Part shown: positions 63,310-63,770 of the stretch, in pieces
How positions within the stretch are numbered: position 1 is the first letter of the stretch
Layout: each line of letters opens with the position of its first letter
NCBI RefSeq assembly: GCF_046714055.1
Contig: NZ_JBKKBJ010000273.1
Coordinates: forward strand, 1-63,770
DNA length: 63,770 nucleotides
DNA from: Methyloglobulus sp.
GTDB lineage: Bacteria; Pseudomonadota; Gammaproteobacteria; Methylococcales; Methylomonadaceae
Reading direction: 5' to 3'
The notes under the pieces: generated by a model
The model's database searches: none
Told to the model about the DNA's origin: nothing
The model's input: the letters and a program-made list of their open reading frames with translations, nothing else
Translations under genes and position numbers: made by a program

Positions 63310-63310
63310 G

Positions 63311-63376
63311 CGCCATCGGTGAATTCTCACCGATGAAGGTCAGATTCTCCTTAACGAACTCGATGCGCACACCGAG
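63311..63376 (-). pseudogene. serine resolvase (Tn3/Tn5053-type TnpR) fragment
   Basis: Reads LGVRIEFVKENLTFIGENSPMA, resembling the resolvase motif GVRIEF.KE.L.FTGEDSPMA. Confidence 0.7.
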
Positions 63377-63557
63377 ACAGGGCGAGGTGAACTTGGGTAT
63401 TTTTGACTAAAATCCCGAAATGTCACTCGCAGGCAAACTAATTCTTTTTGATTCATTCAAAAATAGCTTTTCGAGACCTTGAGCAATACAGTTCCATACT
63501 TACATAACTGCTTAGGACCCACTGCATTCAGACAAAATTGATTTTGAAGCAAGTTAA

Positions 63558-63770
63558 GAAACCCCTGAATAACTGTAGGAAATCATTGCGGTTGGCTGTA
63601 AAAGGCGTAAACCGTCAAAAAAGTCGTTGAGTTATGCCGTTGTCATTATCAAAGCCCCAATTTACTCCCCTTTGGGGGTGTCCTGGGCACACCCGTCCCG
63701 CACCCGCCAATATCGCGCCTGCCGAGCCTGGCACAAATTGGCCAGTGCCATCAGCGGAAAGGCTTCGCCG
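63558..63770 (-). mobile_element. IS5-family element end (transposase C-terminus plus terminal IR), extends beyond the window
   Basis: Minus strand reads GEAFPLMALANLCQAR; end GAAACCCCTGAATAA preceded by TTAA. Confidence 0.6.

Overview
Chromosomal segment of a gammaproteobacterium, probably a Methylococcales methanotroph (inferred from gene style and repeat families, not proven). The housekeeping backbone comprises zwf-pgl, metH, cca, yajQ, ssb, ftsH, rpsF-rpsR-rplI, waaA, ubiC-recG-ridA-spoT-rpoZ, pgk, ubiB-ubiJ, apbC, metG and rnfB-like/nth. Several accessory inserts interrupt it. The most striking is a two-gene module at 11.9-15.1 kb: a TIR/DUF4062-like effector whose C-terminal ~20 residues are repeated as the N-terminus of the adjacent STAND NTPase-TPR (NLR) protein. 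This is the architecture of amyloid-motif signalling, and the module sits inside a decayed formate-dehydrogenase locus. Other candidates are a TIGR04255-led three-gene module resembling a toxin-antitoxin-chaperone system, an HvfA/B/C-type MNIO RiPP cluster with a 13-Cys precursor, a CmoA gene coupled to a membrane methyltransferase, and two cargo genes bracketed by inverted structured repeats that show covariation. The window also has IS5-type MITE shells with different cargo and many pseudogenes not visible in the ORF track (TfoX-C, CPBP, NERD/zinc finger, GNAT, YciI, resolvase, IS5). All family calls are from motif recognition by eye; no database searches were run.
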